Positions 57,934-64,000 of a stretch of 64,000 nucleotides of DNA are shown piece after piece. This DNA comes from Candidatus Poribacteria bacterium (lineage in GTDB: Bacteria; Poribacteria; WGA-4E; WGA-3G). Both the position numbers and the translations under genes were made by a program. The first letter of the stretch is position 1. The number at the start of each line of letters is the position of its first letter. Location of the stretch: positions 32,001 through 96,000 of the forward strand of contig CAXXUA010000002.1 in NCBI GenBank assembly GCA_963663765.2, in the 5' to 3' direction. Under the pieces are notes generated by a model. The model did no database searches, was not told the DNA's origin, and worked only from the letters and a program-made list of their open reading frames with translations.

Positions 57934-60357
57934 ATGAAAACCTATCTTCTTCTAATTCTATTTTTGTTGACAGTCTCAACATTACCACTTTTTGCACAAA
58001 CAGGTACTATTGAAGGTACAGTCATCAATCAAAGCACAGGAAGACCTCTTTCGGGGGCAGAAGTCCATATACTTGAAATGGATGAAACCGAAAAAAGTGG
58101 AACAGATGGCAAAGTCTGGTTCACAGGTGTCTCACCCGGTACATATACCCTTACAATCACACACCCTTCATTTGTTACACCATCAAGAACAACCGTTCAA
58201 GTAACTGCGGGACACACTACACAAGCGAAAATGTCACTTGGTGAAGTATTTGAGTTAGAAACTGTGGTTGTTGAAGGTGAACGTTTTCCTCCCACGATAA
58301 GCCGTAAGGAGATACGCGGAAGTGAACTCTTACGTATTGCAGGCGTAGGAACTGATGCACTAAAAGGATTGACAACGCTTCCCAGTATCGGCATCCCAAA
58401 TGATTTCTTCGGTGTGCTGTATATCCGTGGGAGTGAACCCGGGTCGAACTTGTACTATCTTGACCGCACACCTCTCGGATACCCATTTCATTGGGGTGGA
58501 TTACTTTCAACTATCAGCTCAGAAACTATTGATACAATAGATATCTATGCGGGTGGATACGGTGCACAATTTGGATTAGATTCACAGTCAGTGCTTGACA
58601 TCCATGCACGCGACGAAATTGACACTTGGGTAAATGGAAAGTTTAATCTCAATATATGGTATTCTGAAGGGCTGCTTGAAGGTAAAATTGGTGAGAAAGG
58701 TTATATCTCTGCTTCTGGTCGAAGGAGTTACATAGATCTCATACTCGGACCAATTGCCGAAAGGCAGTCGGATACAGAACAGCAGTTTCCATATTTTTCT
58801 GATTACCAACTCAAATTGTATTACCCAATTACAGATAATCATCATTTAACTGTAAATGCGTTTGCAGCAACTGATCACTTTCATTTCCAGTCACAGGAAT
58901 CAACAGAAAGTAGAGATGTGACATTGGGTGAAAGGGACTCTAACGCTGTTACCTCAAGTATTTTTTTCAAGAACGGTTTCAATGGACAAGGTATCCACCT
59001 TCGCTCAATTTTCAATGAAAACCTACATTCCCACTTATCACTAACCCGATCCCTCAATTACCTTGATATTGAATTGGATGCCACAATCTCACAGACCAAC
59101 ATAGTAGATGGTGAAACCGTCTTTAATGTAACAGAATCCGCTGAGTACTTATTAAAGGTAGATGTTCCTGTCTACACTCTTCGCGAAGACCTATCGTATA
59201 GATTGACTCCGAAGATTCAACTGGAACCTGGAGTTCTCTTTGCATTTAGTCCTGCCAATAGTACAGAAGTTTCTAACTATCCATCTTATGAGTTGTTAGA
59301 AGATGAAAACAGAATACAAGAGTTACTTGAGAGCGATCCAGAGGATGTAGAATTTGACGAGGATAATGTTGCCTTTTTGCGTACAACTGAAACCAGAGAC
59401 TATGAATTTGGTCATGATTTGCAACGTATTGAAACTTATTTGCAAACAAGGTATGATCCATCCTCGATTGTATCTGTTGCCCTCGGTGTTAGACTTGATT
59501 ATCTCAATGTGATAGAGCAACTTTCTATACAACCGCGCGGAAGTGTAAGCATAAAACTGCCTATTGGTTCTAACCTAAGGTTTGCTTATGGACATTATGA
59601 ACAGAGTCCGCTACTATCCCAGTTGTTATCAGAGACTGGGAATGATACACTAAAATCCAGTCTGGCACAGCATTATATCATGGAAATTGAGCAGGAGGTC
59701 ACGCCCTTTACCGATTTTAAGTTCGCCACATATTACAAAAACATGCAAAATATAATCACTGAGGATGAAGTTTCCCATTTTCTTAATCAAGGTTCAGGAT
59801 ATGTTGGGGGTGTAGAGTTATTCCTTCGTCATCGTGTTCCTGACAAGTTCTTCGGATGGATTTCCTATGCGTACACCCACGCAGAACGGAAAGAAACACC
59901 TAACATAGATTATCAACCGTATCTATTTGATAACACCCATATCGTAAGCATTGTAGCACACTATTTTTTCAGTGATACCTTTGAGATTGGAGCTAAATGG
60001 CAGTATTTGAGCGGAACTTCTGAAGCACCGATTAGCACAATCATTTTGATTCAGGACCCTGTGACGCGCGGACTCAACCCACTTTTTGCCAGTTTTGACC
60101 GGGCATTGAGTGCTAAACTTACTCCTTATCACAAATTGGATCTCAGAATAAGCAAAAAATGGAACATAGGAGGCATGAAAATTGGAGGCTTTATTGAGAT
60201 ACTGAATGTCTACAACCGCAAAAACACCTTTGAATTTATCCTTGAAGAGGGGTCATTTGAGATACAAGGTGAAGAAGTACATATTGACGAACAGGAAATT
60301 GGTGAAGCGAGTCAATTACCTCGATTGCCTTATTTTGGTTTGACTGTAGAATTTTAG
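57934..60357 (+). CDS. TonB-dependent receptor with carboxypeptidase-regulatory-like N-domain
   Basis: GTIEGTV, LETVVV TonB box, LYIRGS plug, GGYGAQFG, NVYN motif and C-terminal Phe. Confidence 0.92.
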   Translation: MKTYLLLILFLLTVSTLPLFAQTGTIEGTVINQSTGRPLSGAEVHILEMDETEKSGTDGKVWFTGVSPGTYTLTITHPSFVTPSRTTVQVTAGHTTQAKMSLGEVFELETVVVEGERFPPTISRKEIRGSELLRIAGVGTDALKGLTTLPSIGIPNDFFGVLYIRGSEPGSNLYYLDRTPLGYPFHWGGLLSTISSETIDTIDIYAGGYGAQFGLDSQSVLDIHARDEIDTWVNGKFNLNIWYSEGLLEGKIGEKGYISASGRRSYIDLILGPIAERQSDTEQQFPYFSDYQLKLYYPITDNHHLTVNAFAATDHFHFQSQESTESRDVTLGERDSNAVTSSIFFKNGFNGQGIHLRSIFNENLHSHLSLTRSLNYLDIELDATISQTNIVDGETVFNVTESAEYLLKVDVPVYTLREDLSYRLTPKIQLEPGVLFAFSPANSTEVSNYPSYELLEDENRIQELLESDPEDVEFDEDNVAFLRTTETRDYEFGHDLQRIETYLQTRYDPSSIVSVALGVRLDYLNVIEQLSIQPRGSVSIKLPIGSNLRFAYGHYEQSPLLSQLLSETGNDTLKSSLAQHYIMEIEQEVTPFTDFKFATYYKNMQNIITEDEVSHFLNQGSGYVGGVELFLRHRVPDKFFGWISYAYTHAERKETPNIDYQPYLFDNTHIVSIVAHYFFSDTFEIGAKWQYLSGTSEAPISTIILIQDPVTRGLNPLFASFDRALSAKLTPYHKLDLRISKKWNIGGMKIGGFIEILNVYNRKNTFEFILEEGSFEIQGEEVHIDEQEIGEASQLPRLPYFGLTVEF

Positions 60358-60422
60358 TTGGGATAATTCTTATGTGTTGCAGATTTCAAGAAGTTAATTG
60401 ACATTAACTTCTTATTGTAAGT

Positions 60423-61087
60423 CAATACCTTCGCCAATAATACAGGGTTATTTAGTTTTAAGAGTTTTCTGTTATTGAGATTTACTGAAAGTTAATACCC
60501 AGGTTCGGTTTCCTAACCGAACTTTCTGCATCAGTTTTAGATTATTGAAAAATGAACATCGCTCTTTAGTCCCGTAGGGACGATATGTTTATAGAAAACG
60601 AATACCATCCACAGTTCTTTAGTCCCGTAGGGACGATATGTTTATTCTTCTATGTCGTTCCTACGGAACTCAAGAGGGGTGGAAAACATTTTCTATAAAC
60701 ATATCGTCCCTACGGGACTAAAGAACTGGACAAGATGGTACCCCATAAAATTAACGACATAGCAAAATAATATCAAAAATATTGAAAACTAAAAAACCCT
60801 GGCCAATTATAGACATTCTGCCAGATTGTGTGGGTAACTTTAGCACATTCTGACAGATTGTGCGGGCAGTTTTAGCACATTCTGACAGATTGTGCATATA
60901 AATTATTCTGACAGATTGCTGATATAGTCATTTCTATTGTCAAATTAGACGCTATGATAAATAAAAATACTTCAACGAAAACCTGAAGTTATTTTTATTT
61001 ATGTAATCCTAACAATATCACAAAGCAATGGTAGATCAACACTATATACTCATTCAACTGAAACACTCAAAAATGGCGAAGGTATTG
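60423..61087. mobile_element. Family A MITE, second copy, with a nested CAGGG-ended element at 60443-60802
   Basis: Same TIRs as 3170-3673 with 6-bp TSD gtaagt. The nested element has flanks gccaataata / gccaattata and contains ttagtcccgtagggacgatatgttta repeats. Only about 3 diverged 32-bp units. Confidence 0.88.
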
Positions 61088-61230
61088 GTAAGTAGTTTAT
61101 TGTTTATTATACCATGTCTTGTATACGACTTGTCCCAGTTAACCTAATGTTTTGTTGGTTTTCACATTTACTTGCATAGATTCTATAATCTTATCTAATT
61201 TTCATAATTCACCATAAATAAGACAAGATT

Positions 61231-61402
61231 ATACCAATTCAAATAAATCTTGTCTCATTAAGGAATTCTACTGTTTACTGGCAGGGGGTTACTCTCTTCG
61301 GTAGGAGCGACCTCCCGGTCGCGACCGGGAGGTCGCTCCTACCAGATTTCCGCTGCTAATGAGACATTATCACATGAAAATGGTATTACTTAGAATTGGT
61401 AT
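61231..61402. mobile_element. Two nested shells around a perfect REP palindrome
   Basis: ataccaattc/gaattggtat outside, tgtctcatta/taatgagaca inside, and gtaggagcgacctcccggtcgcgaccgggaggtcgctcctac at 61301-61342. Confidence 0.8.
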
Positions 61403-63063
61403 TACTCTAATTCTCTAATTTCCAAAATTTGATTCGCAGGAATATCTTCCAGTTTCTGCTTTTTTCCGTTTTGCCATTGAACCTCAATACTTTCAATTTG
61501 CTGAGATTTACCTAACCCGAAGAGCAGTCGCATTTCACTTCCTGATGCATAACTGGAACCACTTTTTACTTCAGCTAATTGTGTGATACCGTTAGCATCT
61601 ATCTGCACTCTTGAACCGATTCCGTCGCGGTTGCTCTTTGTCCCGATGAGTTTAATCCCAATCCAGTTATAGTTATTCCCTCCGTCATTTCTGAGTAGTA
61701 CTGCCCGTTGATTAGAATTCATGATAACAATGTCAATATCCCCATCATTATCATAATCTGCGGACGCGGCTGCTCTACCTACAAGTTCCTCCGCGAAATA
61801 TGCGCCGGAAGTTTGCGTTACCTCTATATAAGTGCCATCCCCGTTGTTATGAAACAGTTGATCTCGTTGTGCATAAGTTTCGTAATCTAAGAGTTGTTCA
61901 ATGATCGCTTGTGGATGTCCATTTGCGCAGAAAATATCAAGGTATCCATCGTTATCATAGTCTATAAATAGGGGACTAAAACCGACAAAAGGCAAAGTCG
62001 GATGCTGTAGTTTACTCTCTGCGGTTGCTTCAGAAAAGATGTGATTACCGTCACCAAGATCCTGGTTTTTATAGAGTGTTGTTTTTTCCGAATTTGCGAC
62101 AATGAAGTCAAACCATCCATCTCGATTATAGTCACCAGCATCTACGCCCATTGAACCTTCTGCTGTGCCATTTTCATCATACCCTACTCCAAGGAACAGT
62201 GCTTCGTCAGTAAAAGTACCATCACCGTTGTTATGGTACAAGAAATTGCGGCATGTGTCGTTAGCAATGTAAATATCAGGATAGCGGTCATTGTCGTAAT
62301 CGCAGACAACAGCTGCCATACCTCTCCCCTCAGACGGATTTACCAATCCAGCAGTCTCAGCAACATTTGTAAAAGTACCGTCCCCATTGTTTCTATAAAG
62401 AACGTCTGGTGTTCCTGCATAACTTCTTGGATGTCCATATCCGATAATGCCTTTGTATTTCGTGATAGGCATGTTTGTGTCATAAACCAGATAGTTGACA
62501 ACAAAAATATCCAAATCCCCATCTATGTCATAGTCAAGATATACTGCTGCGATACTCCAATGTGTGTTGTCTATACCTGCTTTTTGAGTGATGTCTGTGA
62601 AAGTGCCGTCTCCATTATTTTGATAAAGTCGATCTTGTTTGTAGTTTGCGACATATAGGTCTGCATCACCATCATTATCAATATCCGCAGCGGAAGCAGC
62701 CATTCCGAATCCGACATCTCCAGTACCAGAACTATCAGTAACATCAGTAAATCGTCCGTTTCCATCGTTTCGGTAGAGTATGTTTTTTCCGGTCTTTTGA
62801 ATAGTGCTTTCAGACACTCCATCAACAGGGACTACGCCGCTGTTGACGAAATATAGGTCAGCGTCTCCGTCCACATCGTAATCAAAAAAGACAACGCCAG
62901 ATCCCATAGTTTCAATGATGTGTTTGTGTTCGGTTTTGCCGTTGTGATGTTTGAAGTCAATTCCAACTTCTTCGGTGACATCTACAAAGATTGGTTGTTG
63001 TGCAGCATAACTATTGATAACACATTGAAAAGATAATATTAGGAAAAATAGGTATTTAGGCAT
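61402..63063 (-). CDS. CRTAC1-like FG-GAP/VCBS repeat protein with ASPIC/UnbV domain
   Basis: Repeated DYDNDG..DI and LYRNNGDGTF motifs, plus SNRDGIGSRV and LLFGLG. Confidence 0.92.
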   Translation of the reverse strand: MPKYLFFLILSFQCVINSYAAQQPIFVDVTEEVGIDFKHHNGKTEHKHIIETMGSGVVFFDYDVDGDADLYFVNSGVVPVDGVSESTIQKTGKNILYRNDGNGRFTDVTDSSGTGDVGFGMAASAADIDNDGDADLYVANYKQDRLYQNNGDGTFTDITQKAGIDNTHWSIAAVYLDYDIDGDLDIFVVNYLVYDTNMPITKYKGIIGYGHPRSYAGTPDVLYRNNGDGTFTNVAETAGLVNPSEGRGMAAVVCDYDNDRYPDIYIANDTCRNFLYHNNGDGTFTDEALFLGVGYDENGTAEGSMGVDAGDYNRDGWFDFIVANSEKTTLYKNQDLGDGNHIFSEATAESKLQHPTLPFVGFSPLFIDYDNDGYLDIFCANGHPQAIIEQLLDYETYAQRDQLFHNNGDGTYIEVTQTSGAYFAEELVGRAAASADYDNDGDIDIVIMNSNQRAVLLRNDGGNNYNWIGIKLIGTKSNRDGIGSRVQIDANGITQLAEVKSGSSYASGSEMRLLFGLGKSQQIESIEVQWQNGKKQKLEDIPANQILEIRELE

Positions 63064-63087
63064 AAGGACTCCGCGGAGGGCTCATAT

Positions 63088-63921
<834 letters not shown>

Positions 63922-64000
63922 TACATTCTTCCTTAAATATGAGTATCTATTGTTTTCTGCTCTGTTTAGATAACAAAGTTTCGTACAACTTTTGATGTTT

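Overview
AT-rich bacterial chromosomal window whose gene repertoire resembles Candidatus Poribacteria sponge symbionts (inference): WD40, dockerin, cadherin/LRR and FGE-sulfatase proteins, a PorV-like barrel, and several proteins ending in a conserved 'NPFNPETWIPY...RKMLIxK' tail. Housekeeping genes (yitJ-like, hisC, ispG, uppP) and envelope genes alternate with intergenic regions densely filled with GTAG-type REP palindromes. These sit inside at least ten different short inverted-repeat 'shells' (MITE-like), several with clear target-site duplications. Two REP families are amplified into tandem arrays of exactly 32-bp period, and one shell family inserted twice into REP hairpins with a 16-bp duplication. 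Decayed IS5, IS630 and IS200/IS605 remnants are present. The best candidate for an undescribed system is a ~2.0-kb element (32572-34576) bounded by 13-bp inverted repeats. It carries two tandem DUF1670-like paralogs with no recognisable transposase, plus a near-consensus promoter positioned to drive a ~120-nt structured RNA at its distal end. It sits in the stop codon of a secretion-tail gene, and the same end sequence recurs in the stop codon of a second gene of that family (57394). A separate promoter-associated pseudoknotted RNA candidate lies at 40017-40097. No CRISPR array, rRNA or tRNA was recognised.
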